A stretch of DNA of 64,000 nt from positions 1,504,001 to 1,568,000 of the forward strand of contig OZ220089.1 in assembly GCA_964291625.2 (NCBI GenBank). The letters run 5' to 3'. This DNA comes from Candidatus Latescibacterota bacterium (GTDB lineage: Bacteria; Latescibacterota; UBA2968; UBA8231). Position numbers and translations under genes: made by a program. Under the pieces are notes generated by a model that did no database searches, was not told the origin of the DNA, and was given only the letters and a program-made list of their open reading frames with translations. Positions 32,722 through 42,093 of this stretch are shown here, one piece after another. Within the stretch, counting starts at the first letter, position 1. The number at the start of each line of letters is the position of its first letter.

Positions 32722-32879
32722 GCCCTGGCGATCAGCGATTCAGTGGAGCGGAGGTGCGGTTGGAGCTGGAGAGGCGGGGCCACCCGCTGGAGTCACGGCA
32801 GGGGGCGGTCTCGTCGCCGGTGATGGTGCGGGCGGAGGAGGCGGAAGGATTCCTGGCCGCCGGCGACCCCGGGGCGGGA
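32722..32879 (+). pseudogene. Decayed copy of the 3' end of ggt
   Basis: ALAISDSV.../ELERRGHPL...AVSSPVMVR.EE...FLAAGDP aligns with 18777-18935. Confidence 0.85.
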
Positions 32880-34115
32880 TCAGCGCTCCAGCACCATCCC
32901 CTCGCGCTCGATGCGCTCGAACATCGCCCGGTACTCCGGCGAGCCGTCGTCGTCCCAGTAGTCGGTCTCGATGGGGGCGTCGTAGCTCATGGGGATCAGC
33001 CGCCGACGGTCGGGGCGCACCATGAAGATCGACTCGGCGGGATCGGCGATGTTGTACATGCGGGCGCCGTTGGCAAAGCGGGAGCGGACGATCCACTTCG
33101 GCTGCTCGGGCAGCTCGAGCCCCTTCAGGCGCTCCAGGGCGCCGCGGTCCAGGGTGACGCCGAGGCCCGGCTTCTCGGGCACCCGCAGGAACCCGTTCAC
33201 CGGCTGCGACCGCTCGTGGACCACGTCGTCGGCCCAGGTCTCGCAGTCGCTGAAGAAGTGGAAGCTGGCCGTGGGGAAGGCGGCCATCATGTGGCAGGTC
33301 ATGGCCCGGGTGATGTCGCCGCCCACGTTCTGCAGCATGAAGGGGATGCCGCCGGCGGCGAAGAGCCCGGCCCGGCGCGCGGCGTCGCCGATGCGGGAGT
33401 GGCCGAGCATGTAGGCGTCGGCGGCGCCCATGAGGACCTCGTAGGTCGCCCCCAGGGGACAGTGGTGGAGGACCACCGGCAGGGGGCTGCGCTTGCGCAG
33501 CTCGATGTAGCCGGGCAGGTCCTCGGCGGGCAGGGCGTCCTCGAAGCAGCCGGCGATCGGATAGCGGGCCAGCTTCGTCAGGAGGGTGAACATGTGGTCG
33601 TCGGTGCCGTGCATGGTGAAGTCGTAGTGGACCCGGAACCCCTTGGGCGCCGCCGCCTGCATCGCCTCGGTCTGGTCGATGACGTTCTCGAAGGGGGAGA
33701 GGTGGTACTTCAGCCACGTGTAGCCCTGCGCCGAGTACTGGCGCACGGCCTCGGCCATGCGGTCGGGATGGGTGGAGACCGTCCAGCTGCCCACCGGCAC
33801 CCACGACCGGTGCTTCTGGCCGAAGAGCTTGTAGACCGGCACCCCCGCGGCCTGCCCCATCAGGTCGTACATCGCCGTGCCCAGCCCGAGGGAGACCTCG
33901 TCGCCCACGTGGTCGAAGGGGCTGGTGCCGATGTAGCGGTCCACCGTCTCCTGCGGCTCGGTGGAGCCGCTCTCCCCCAGGCCGGTGAGACCGTCGTCGG
34001 TGTGGGCCACGTAGATCGTCCGCCGCGTCGGCCCGTAGTAGTGGTTGAGCTGGTAGCTGATCCAGTCGACGTACGGAAGGGTGATCTGGTGGACCTCGAT
34101 CTCCGTGACCTTCAT
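32880..34115 (-). CDS. Mandelate racemase/muconate lactonizing enzyme family protein
   Basis: TDDGLTGLGE, AMYDLMGQAAGVPVYKLFG, KxH, VPEKPGLGVTLD. Confidence 0.88.
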   Translation of the reverse strand: MKVTEIEVHQITLPYVDWISYQLNHYYGPTRRTIYVAHTDDGLTGLGESGSTEPQETVDRYIGTSPFDHVGDEVSLGLGTAMYDLMGQAAGVPVYKLFGQKHRSWVPVGSWTVSTHPDRMAEAVRQYSAQGYTWLKYHLSPFENVIDQTEAMQAAAPKGFRVHYDFTMHGTDDHMFTLLTKLARYPIAGCFEDALPAEDLPGYIELRKRSPLPVVLHHCPLGATYEVLMGAADAYMLGHSRIGDAARRAGLFAAGGIPFMLQNVGGDITRAMTCHMMAAFPTASFHFFSDCETWADDVVHERSQPVNGFLRVPEKPGLGVTLDRGALERLKGLELPEQPKWIVRSRFANGARMYNIADPAESIFMVRPDRRRLIPMSYDAPIETDYWDDDGSPEYRAMFERIEREGMVLER

Positions 34116-35116
34116 GGCTGTCCCCAGGTGAGCAGGACGCCGAGGGCCTTGTCCCGCTCATCGCGCAGGAGCCGGTAGGCCTCGGCGGCCTCGGTGCAAG
34201 GCAGGCGGTGGGTGGTCAGACCGGCCACGTCCAGCTCGCCGCGCTCGATCATCTTCAGCACCTGGCGGCGGTTGTACTGCTGGGTCCAGGGCCAGGCCGG
34301 CGTCGCCGTGGTGGGGCACTTCGGCTGGTGGCAGCCCACCAGGGTCAGCTCCTTCTGGTGGAAGTCCATGAAGTCAACCTCCACCTTGCGGTGCCAGATC
34401 GACCCGAGGGCCATGATGCGGCCCCCGATGCGGGCCATGTCGAAGAGCACCGGCAGGATGTCGGGATAGCCCGAGGCCTCGATGGCGATGTCGAGTCCCC
34501 GGTCCCCGGTGACGGCGGCGACGCGGGAGGGCAGGTCGTCGCCGGCCAGGAGGGTGTGGGTGGCGCCCGAGGCGGCGGCGGTCTGAAGGCGGGCGGCGCT
34601 CAGATCGACGGCGATGAGCAGCTCGCACCCCGTGCACGCCGCCAGCTGCAGGGCGAGCTGGCCCACCAGGCCCATGCCGGTGATGGCGGCGAACTCCCCC
34701 AACTCCAGGCGCGCCTTGCGGACCCCGTGCATGGAGACGCTGCCCAGGACCCCGTAGGCGCCGTCGTCGAAGGAGACGCCCTCCGGCAGCTTCGCCAGCG
34801 ACCGCGGCTCGGTGGAGACGGTGACGTGACTCGCGTGGTGGCCCAGGGAGAGGACCCGGTCGCCGACGGCGTACTCGCCGGAGTCGTCGCCGAGGGCGAG
34901 GACGCGGCCGGTGTTGGAGTATCCGGGGATGTAGTCCCGGGTGCGTTGCTGCTCCTGGCTGCCGAGCTCGGTGCCGGCGCTGATGAGGGTGCGGACGGTC
35001 TCGACGAGCGCCTGGCCCGGGCCGGGCGGCGCGATCTCGAAGGGCTCGGTGCCGATCCCGCCGTCGGGGCGGACGACGACGCGGTGGCCTCTGGAGGGGA
35101 TGGGGTTGTCTGGCAT
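34112..35116 (-). CDS. Zinc-binding (MDR) dehydrogenase
   Basis: ISAGTE, PGYS, HASH, GMGLVG. Confidence 0.88.
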   Translation of the reverse strand: MPDNPIPSRGHRVVVRPDGGIGTEPFEIAPPGPGQALVETVRTLISAGTELGSQEQQRTRDYIPGYSNTGRVLALGDDSGEYAVGDRVLSLGHHASHVTVSTEPRSLAKLPEGVSFDDGAYGVLGSVSMHGVRKARLELGEFAAITGMGLVGQLALQLAACTGCELLIAVDLSAARLQTAAASGATHTLLAGDDLPSRVAAVTGDRGLDIAIEASGYPDILPVLFDMARIGGRIMALGSIWHRKVEVDFMDFHQKELTLVGCHQPKCPTTATPAWPWTQQYNRRQVLKMIERGELDVAGLTTHRLPCTEAAEAYRLLRDERDKALGVLLTWGQP

Positions 35117-35229
35117 GGGGTCCAGGGATGAGGCGAGGGCACGTCGGCCGGTGGCGCAGGTCCAGGGCAGGCCACTACCATAGCCCGCTCCGCACCCCCG
35201 CGCCAAGGATGAGGAGACCCGTCCCGCCC

Positions 35230-37488
35230 ATGGTCCGAGACCAGTCCACTTCGCGCCCCGACCCCGCTCCCGGGGGGACTGCCTCTGGCGGAGCGACCGC
35301 CTCGCCGGCGGGGAGGATCCTGCCGACGGCGGCCCCGGGCCGGGGGCCGCGGCTCCCCTCCCTCCCGGCGCTCCTCTTGCTGCCACCGACGGCCGCCCTC
35401 GCCGCCGAGCCCGAGCCCCCCGACTCAGCGCAGTACACGGCGCCGCCGGTGGTGGTGACCGCGGTCCGGGAGGCGGCCCCCCTGGAGCGCCTGCCGCTGG
35501 CGGTCTCCGCCGTCGGGCAGGACCGCTTCGCGCCCGGTGAGAAGTCGCTCTCCCTAACCGAGGCCCTGCGCCAGGTGCCGGGGCTGCACGTGGCCGAGCG
35601 CAACAACCCGTCCCAGGGGCCGCGGCTGATGGCGCGCGGCCTGGGAGCGAGGGCCGCCTTCGGGGTGCGCGGCGTCAAGGTCCTGCTCGACGGGGTGCCC
35701 CTGACCACCCCCGACGGCCAGACCCAGCTCGGCAACATCGACCTGGCCGCGGCCGGCCGGGTGGAGGTCCTGCGGGGACCCAACTCGAGCCTCTACGGGA
35801 ACGCCGGCGGCGGCGTGGTCTCCGTCCACACACGCCACCCCGAGGCGGCGGGCGTGCGGGTGAAGCCGCGCCTCGTTGCCGGCAGCGACGGCCTGTGGCT
35901 GCGCCAGGCCACCCTCACCGGGGGCGGACGCCACTCCTTCCACCTGTCGGCGCGGCAGCTGGACCTCGACGGCTACCGCGACCACTCCGAGGCGCGGGTG
36001 CGGGGGCTGAACGCGGTGGTGCGCTCGCGCCTGCGTCCGTCCTGGGAGCTGGTGTGGGTGGTCAACCTCTACGACGCGCCGTACCTGCTCAACCCGAGTT
36101 CCCTGATCCGGGGGGACGCGCGCGACCGGCCGCGCTTCGCCCGCGGATTCATCGTCCGGCAGGGGGCCTCCAAGGAGGCGCGGCAGAGCCAGGGCGGGAT
36201 CACCCTGCGCCACACCGGCGGAAACGGGCGGACCGAGCTGACCCTCTACGGGGTCGACCGCGGCCTGCTGAACCCGATCCCCGGGGCGGTGATCGACCTG
36301 GAGCGCCGCGCCGGCGGCCTGCGGGCCGTGCACGGGCGGACCCTGCGCCTGGCGGGCCTGCCGGGCAGCTGGAAGGCGGGGGTGGACCTGGAGGCCCAGC
36401 GGGACGACCGCCGCGAGCACGGGAACGAGGGCCTCGCCGACCCGGACACGGACCCCGCCCGGGTGCCGGAGAGCGTCGCCCTCGGGGCCCTGCTGCAGGA
36501 CCAGGAGGAGTCGGTGGGCAGCGCCGGCGCCTTCGCCGCCCTCGCCCTGCATCCGCGGCCGGGCTGGACCCTCAGCCTGGGGGGCCGCCTGGACCGCTAC
36601 GGCTTCGAGGTCTCCGACCGCCTCCTGGACGACGGCGACGACTCCGGCACCCGCAGCCTCTCCCAGTTCAGCCCCTCCGCCGGCCTCGGCTGGCAGCTTA
36701 CGCCGCGGAATCTGCTCTACGCCTCGTACGGGACCGCCTTCCAGACGCCGACCACCGTGGAGCTGGGCAACCGGCCCGACGGCGGCGGCGGCTTCAACCC
36801 CGACCTCGACCCGGAGAGCGTGTCCAGCTTCGAAGTCGGCCTGCGGGGGAGCGACCGCTCCGGACGCCTGACCTGGGACGCCGCCGTGTACCGGCTGGCG
36901 GTGGACGGCATGCTGATCCCCTTCCAGGTGGAGGACCCGGCGAGCGAGGCCGTGTACTACCGCAACGCCGGGCGCACTTCCAGCCGCGGCCTGGAGGCGG
37001 CCCTGGGCGCCCGCCGCGGCGCCTGGCGCGCCGATCTCTCCTATACCTTCATGGACTTCCGCTTCGACGACTACGTGATCCGCTCCGGCGAGGAGCCCGT
37101 GCAGCTCTCCGGCCACCGGGTCCCCGGCCTGCCGCCGCACCGGCTGCTGCTCGACGCCGCCGGCGACCTGCCCCTCGGACTGCGCGCCGAGATCGAGACC
37201 GAGTGGGTGGCCGGGTACTACGCCAACGACCACAACGGACCGCCGCCCGGAAGCGCCGCCGCCCCGAGCGACTTCCGCAACGACACCTACGCCGTCACCG
37301 GCCTGCGCCTCACCGCCCCCCTCACCCTCGGCTTCGGGGGCGTGCGCCTCTTCACCGGCATCGACAACCTCCTCGACGCCGCGTACAACGGCTCCATCAC
37401 CCCCAACGCCTTCGGCAGCCGCTTCTTCGAGCCCGCCCCCGGACGCACCTGGTACGCCGGGCTCGAGGCGGACCTCGGCCCACCCTGA
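35230..37488 (+). CDS. TonB-dependent receptor
   Basis: VVVTA, RGLGARAAFGVRG, VEVLRGP.SSLYGNA.GGV, IDNLLD..Y, PGRTWY. Confidence 0.92.
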   Translation: MVRDQSTSRPDPAPGGTASGGATASPAGRILPTAAPGRGPRLPSLPALLLLPPTAALAAEPEPPDSAQYTAPPVVVTAVREAAPLERLPLAVSAVGQDRFAPGEKSLSLTEALRQVPGLHVAERNNPSQGPRLMARGLGARAAFGVRGVKVLLDGVPLTTPDGQTQLGNIDLAAAGRVEVLRGPNSSLYGNAGGGVVSVHTRHPEAAGVRVKPRLVAGSDGLWLRQATLTGGGRHSFHLSARQLDLDGYRDHSEARVRGLNAVVRSRLRPSWELVWVVNLYDAPYLLNPSSLIRGDARDRPRFARGFIVRQGASKEARQSQGGITLRHTGGNGRTELTLYGVDRGLLNPIPGAVIDLERRAGGLRAVHGRTLRLAGLPGSWKAGVDLEAQRDDRREHGNEGLADPDTDPARVPESVALGALLQDQEESVGSAGAFAALALHPRPGWTLSLGGRLDRYGFEVSDRLLDDGDDSGTRSLSQFSPSAGLGWQLTPRNLLYASYGTAFQTPTTVELGNRPDGGGGFNPDLDPESVSSFEVGLRGSDRSGRLTWDAAVYRLAVDGMLIPFQVEDPASEAVYYRNAGRTSSRGLEAALGARRGAWRADLSYTFMDFRFDDYVIRSGEEPVQLSGHRVPGLPPHRLLLDAAGDLPLGLRAEIETEWVAGYYANDHNGPPPGSAAAPSDFRNDTYAVTGLRLTAPLTLGFGGVRLFTGIDNLLDAAYNGSITPNAFGSRFFEPAPGRTWYAGLEADLGPP

Positions 37489-37502
37489 AAGGAGTTTCGC
37501 CC

Positions 37503-39098
37503 GTGTTGATCGGATACGTCAGCGACGAGCGCTACGTCGCCGTCCCCGACGTCCTCTTCGAGTTCGAGAACGAGAGCGGCCGCGTCGTGGAGTCGCGGTC
37601 GAGCATCACCGGCGCCGTGCGCGCCGACCTGGAGCCGGGGCGCTGGAACGTCGCCCTCGGCCGGGACGGCTACGGCGCCAAGCGCACCACCCTGGAGCTG
37701 CCGCTGGCCGAGCCCCACCACTTCCGGCTGCTGCGGGACCAGCTGATCGGCTACATGTGGCCCAAGTGGGTCCGCTCCGGGGAGAGGTCCGAGTTCCGCG
37801 TCCACTCCGACGAGGCCTACAAGCTGGAGCTGTGGCGCTACGGCTGGGAGAAGGAGCTGATCCGTACCATCGGCTGGTACGACGAGCACGGCCCGCGGGC
37901 GACGGTGCAGATCACCCCCGACGGCGACTACACGCAGACGGGGGTGCAGTTCAACCACCGGGGATACGCCCGCAGCGCCCACAAGCAGTTCCTCACCGCC
38001 CCAAACCGCTCCGGCCTCTACTACCTGCACGCCAAGGGCGAGTCCGGGGCCTTCTTCTCCTTCCCCTGGCTGGTGGCTCCCGACCGCCCGCGGGCCCCGC
38101 TGGCGGTCCTGGCGGCCAACATCAACTGGAACTGCTACAACAACTTCGGGGGCCGCTCGAACTACATCCACGCCGACGGCCTGACGCCGTCGCCGGCGAT
38201 GAACGCGCGCCTGGAGCTGCTGCGCTACACCGACCCCGACCACATGCTCTTCGCCGCCGACCACTACCCGCCGCTGTCCTTCGACCGCCCCGAGCCGATC
38301 AACCACATCGACGAGCACGAACGCATCACCGACCCCATCGAGGGGCGCAGCAACTGCCACGTGGCGCCGGCGGAGTGGCGGTTCTTCGGCTGGCTCGACC
38401 GCGAGGGCTACGACTACGACCTCTACGCCGAGACCCAGCTCCACGACGGCAGCCTCGACCTGGGCCAGTACCGGGCCCTGGCGGTGAGCGCCCACCCCGA
38501 GTACTGGTCGGCGAAGATGTACTTCGCGCTGAAGGAGTGGGTCTTCGAGGGCGGCGGGAAGCTGCTCTACCTCGGCGGCAACGGCCTCAACTGCGAGGTG
38601 GAGTTCCTCGACGACACGACGATCACCGTCCACAACGGGCCCTACGGCGGCGGCTTCTTCCACCTGCAGAAGATCGGCTACGAGAGCCGCTTCCATCTGC
38701 GCCACGAGTCGGAGGCCAACCTCCTCGGCGTGACCTGCTCGGAGACCGGGATCATGACCGGCGCCCCGTACCGCGTCATCGAGCCCGGCCACTGGATCTT
38801 CGAGAACACGGGCCTGCGCCAGGGCGACCTCTTCGGCGAGGAGTGCCTGCACATGCGCTGCCCCGGCGGCGCCTCCGGCCACGAGACCGACAAGGTCTCG
38901 GCCAGCTCCCCGGCCAACGCCAAGCCCCTGGCCAAGGGCCTCAACCCCGACGACGGCGGCGCCGAGATCGTCTGCTTCGACACCCCCTCCGGCGGCCACG
39001 TGTTCTCGGTGGGCTCGATCTCGTGGCCGGCGTCGCTGCCCGTGGACGAGCAGGTCTCGCGCATCACCCGCAACGTGCTGCAGCGGTTCCTGGCCTGA
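37503..39098 (+). CDS. N,N-dimethylformamidase large-subunit family protein
   Basis: YN.FGGRS.Y, LSFDRP, HPEYWS, YLGGNG, ASGHETD; AAGGAG RBS. Confidence 0.8.
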   Translation: MLIGYVSDERYVAVPDVLFEFENESGRVVESRSSITGAVRADLEPGRWNVALGRDGYGAKRTTLELPLAEPHHFRLLRDQLIGYMWPKWVRSGERSEFRVHSDEAYKLELWRYGWEKELIRTIGWYDEHGPRATVQITPDGDYTQTGVQFNHRGYARSAHKQFLTAPNRSGLYYLHAKGESGAFFSFPWLVAPDRPRAPLAVLAANINWNCYNNFGGRSNYIHADGLTPSPAMNARLELLRYTDPDHMLFAADHYPPLSFDRPEPINHIDEHERITDPIEGRSNCHVAPAEWRFFGWLDREGYDYDLYAETQLHDGSLDLGQYRALAVSAHPEYWSAKMYFALKEWVFEGGGKLLYLGGNGLNCEVEFLDDTTITVHNGPYGGGFFHLQKIGYESRFHLRHESEANLLGVTCSETGIMTGAPYRVIEPGHWIFENTGLRQGDLFGEECLHMRCPGGASGHETDKVSASSPANAKPLAKGLNPDDGGAEIVCFDTPSGGHVFSVGSISWPASLPVDEQVSRITRNVLQRFLA

Positions 39099-39129
39099 GC
39101 GGGACCGGCGCCCGGGACCGGCGGGCCGG

Positions 39130-39182
39130 GGCCGGAGGTTTTCTCGCGAGGGTCTAAACCTCCGGCCCTCCGGCTTCGTCAA
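39130..39182 (+). promoter_or_regulatory. ECF-type promoter overlapping an inverted repeat
   Basis: TAAAC-n17-CGTCAA; GGCCGGAGGTTT...AAACCTCCGGCC hairpin covers the -35. Confidence 0.55.
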
Positions 39183-39226
39183 ACCTGTCGAGAAACAACA
39201 AACCTCGACAGCGGAGCCGGTCGCCG

Positions 39227-39805
39227 ATGCCAGCCGCACTCGCCCTCGAGGCGAGCCTCCCGAAGAGGGGCCCCTTGCCCGCCGACCCACAGCAAGCCGA
39301 GCGCGAGACCATCGCCGCCTGCCGGCGGGGAGACCTGGGCGCCTACGAACGGGTCTTCCGCGACCATCAGCGGCGCCTCCTCGGCGTGGCCGCGCGCATG
39401 CTCGGCGACCCTGCCGATGCCGAGGACGCCGTGCAGACCGCCTTCGTCCGCCTCTACCGGAGCATCGGCCGCTTCCGCGGCGAGGCCGGCCTCGGCACCT
39501 GGCTCATGCGCATCCTGATCAACGTCTGCCACGACATGCTGAGGGCGCGGAAGCGCCGTTTCGAGCTCCGGCCCGCCGAGCCCGCTCCCGGGCCCGGACC
39601 GGACCTGCGGCTGCAGCTGCAGGAGGCGATCCTCTCCCTGCCGGAGCGCATGCGCGCCTGCTTCGTGCTGTATGCCGTGGAGGGCTTCCCCCAGAAGGAG
39701 ATCGCCGAGATGCTCCGGATCCGCGAGGGCACCGTGAAGGCCCAGGTCTTCCAGGCCAAGGAGCGCCTGCGGGCCATCCTGACCGACGAGGAGGATTCGC
39801 CATGA
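39227..39805 (+). CDS. ECF RNA polymerase sigma factor
   Basis: DAEDAVQ, FRG...TWL.RI..N, EIAEML.I.EGTVK. Confidence 0.92.
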   Translation: MPAALALEASLPKRGPLPADPQQAERETIAACRRGDLGAYERVFRDHQRRLLGVAARMLGDPADAEDAVQTAFVRLYRSIGRFRGEAGLGTWLMRILINVCHDMLRARKRRFELRPAEPAPGPGPDLRLQLQEAILSLPERMRACFVLYAVEGFPQKEIAEMLRIREGTVKAQVFQAKERLRAILTDEEDSP

Positions 39806-40416
39806 GCTGCGACCGCTACCGCGAGCGCGAGACGGGACGCCTGGAGGAAGAGGCCTTCCAGGCCCACCTGAAGGACTGCGACATCTGCCGGGAGCGCCTG
39901 CGCCAGGACGAGGTCATCGACGAGCTGGCCGCCAACCTCCCGGAAGTGACCGAGCCCCCCTTTCTGTGGGAGCGCGTCGAGGGGGCCCTCCGCGCCGAGC
40001 AGCGGCGCGCCCGGCGGCGCACGTGGGTCTACCGGGCCGCCGCCGTCCTCGTGGTCAGCCTCGGGCTGGGGGCGTTGATGCAGCAGGGGAGCGGCATCCC
40101 CGAGCCGGCCACCGGCCTCTACACGGCCGAGGCCCTGGAGAAGGTCCGCGACCGGGAGCGGGAGTACGCCGCCGCCATCGAGGAGCTGGAGGAGATCGCC
40201 GGCGAGCGCATGGAGCGCATGGCTGCTGGCCCTGCGGGAGACGCGGAGCTGGCCTTCCTCTACCGCGACAAGATCGCCACCATCGACACCCAGATCGACC
40301 GCTGCCTGCGGGCCCTGAGCGGCAACCCGGCCAACACCCACATCCGCCGCTACCTGCTGCTGGCCCTGCGGGACAAGAGAGAGACCCTCGAAGAGATCGT
40401 GCAGCTCGAGCTGTAA
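39802..40416 (+). CDS. Anti-sigma factor (zinc-finger HxxxCxxC + TM)
   Basis: HLKDCDIC, single TM, ATGA overlap with the sigma gene. Confidence 0.8.
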   Translation: MSCDRYRERETGRLEEEAFQAHLKDCDICRERLRQDEVIDELAANLPEVTEPPFLWERVEGALRAEQRRARRRTWVYRAAAVLVVSLGLGALMQQGSGIPEPATGLYTAEALEKVRDREREYAAAIEELEEIAGERMERMAAGPAGDAELAFLYRDKIATIDTQIDRCLRALSGNPANTHIRRYLLLALRDKRETLEEIVQLEL

Positions 40417-40430
40417 AGGGAGGAACCGTC

Positions 40431-42082
40431 ATGATCACTCGAACCGCCGCGCTGCTGTCCCTGGCCCTGCTGGCCGTCCCCCTTCCCGGAAAGGCGGACT
40501 CCCTCGATATCGCCGTGGGCGGCGTCGGCCTGAGCCTGGGCAACTCCAGCCGCATCACCGGGGTGCGGGTGAACCTCGTCGACCACGAGGTGCGCCGCGT
40601 CACCGGCGTCAACCTGACCCTGTGGAAGGCCCGCCGGAACCCCGACGCCCTGGTCCGCGGTGTCGCCGTCGGCCTCGTGGGCCCGTACGCCCACCGCCTC
40701 GAAGGCATCGCCGTCGGCGGGCTGTTCGCCATCACCGAGCAGGACCTCCGCGGCATCGCCGTGGGCGGCCTCGGCGTCGACGCCGGCCGCGACATCCACG
40801 GGATCGGGGTCGGCCTCGGCGGCGTGGTCGCCGTCCGCCACCTGAGGGGGATCGCCCTGGCCGGCGCCCGCGCCGGCGCCCGCGGCGACGTGCACGGGGC
40901 GGCGGTCACCCCGGGTCTGGCCTCGGCCGGGGGCAAGGCCCGGGGGGTCCTCGCCGGGGGGCTGGTCGCCCGGGCCAGGGAGGAAGCCAGCGGCGCCCTG
41001 CTCTCCGCGGGCGGGGCCTGGACCGGAGGCGACGGCAGGGGCCTGATCCTCGGGGGGCTCGGCGCCGGCATCGGCGGCGACTTGGGGGGGATCCTCGCCG
41101 GAGGGCTGGGGGCGGGGGCGGGTCACGACGCCCGCGGCATCATCCTCGGCGGCTTCGGCGCCGGGGCCGGGCACGACCTGGAAGCCGGCGCCGTGGTCGG
41201 CCTGGTCGGCGCCGGCGTCGGCCACGACGCCCGCGGGATCGTCCTCGGGGGTGTCGGCGCGGGCGCGGGACATGACGTGACCGGGATCGTCGGCGGGGGG
41301 CTGGGCGCAGGCGCGGGACACAACGGCCGCGGACTCGTGGTCGGCGGTTTCGGCGCGGCGTCGGACACGACCTCACGGGAGTGGCCGCGGGCGGCCTCGG
41401 CGCGGGGGTCGGACACGACCTGCAAGGGGGCGCCGTGATCGGCCTGGTCGGCGCCGGCGTCGGACGCCATGCCCGCGGCATCGTCCTCGGGGGGGCCGGC
41501 GCCAGCGTCGGGAGCGACCTGAGGGGGATCCTCGGCGGCGGACTCGGCGCCGGAGCCGGACACGACGCCCGCGGCCTGGTCTTCGGCGGTCTCGGCGCCG
41601 GGGTGGGCCACGACCTCACGGGGATCCTCGCCGGGGGTCTGGTCACGGGCGTGGGCCACGACCTGCGCGGCGCCGCCGGCTCCGCCGGCGTCGTCGCCGC
41701 GGGGCATGACCTGACCGGTATCGCCGTCGGCGGGTTGGGCGTCGTCGCCGGCGGCTCGGGCCGGGGGATCCTCCTCAGCCTCGTCGGGGTCGGCGCCGGC
41801 GAGGGGCTGAGCGGCCTCATCGCCGGCGGGGTCACCGCCTTCGCGCCGAGTGTGCGCGGGCTCTCCGTGAGCGCCGCCAACGGCATCTCCGTGGGAGGCC
41901 GTCACCTGCCCGGCGGCTCCGGCCGCTGGTTCGAGCCCGTCAACGAACGCTTCACCGGCCTGTCCGTCGGACTGGTCAACTACAGCCGCCAGCTGAAGGG
42001 GGTGCAGGTCGGGGTGCTCAACTACGCCGGCAACAACCCCCGCTGGGCCCGGCTGCTGCCCCTCGTCAACGCGAACCTGTAG
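40431..42082 (+). pseudogene. Secreted Gly-rich repeat protein with a single frameshift at ~41356
   Basis: 15-aa GAGHD.RG...GGLG repeats continue across two frames; ggcgcggcgtcggacac is one base short of the repeat consensus; ends GVQVGVLN...LPLVNANL. Confidence 0.75.
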
Positions 42083-42093
42083 AGGAGGAACCC

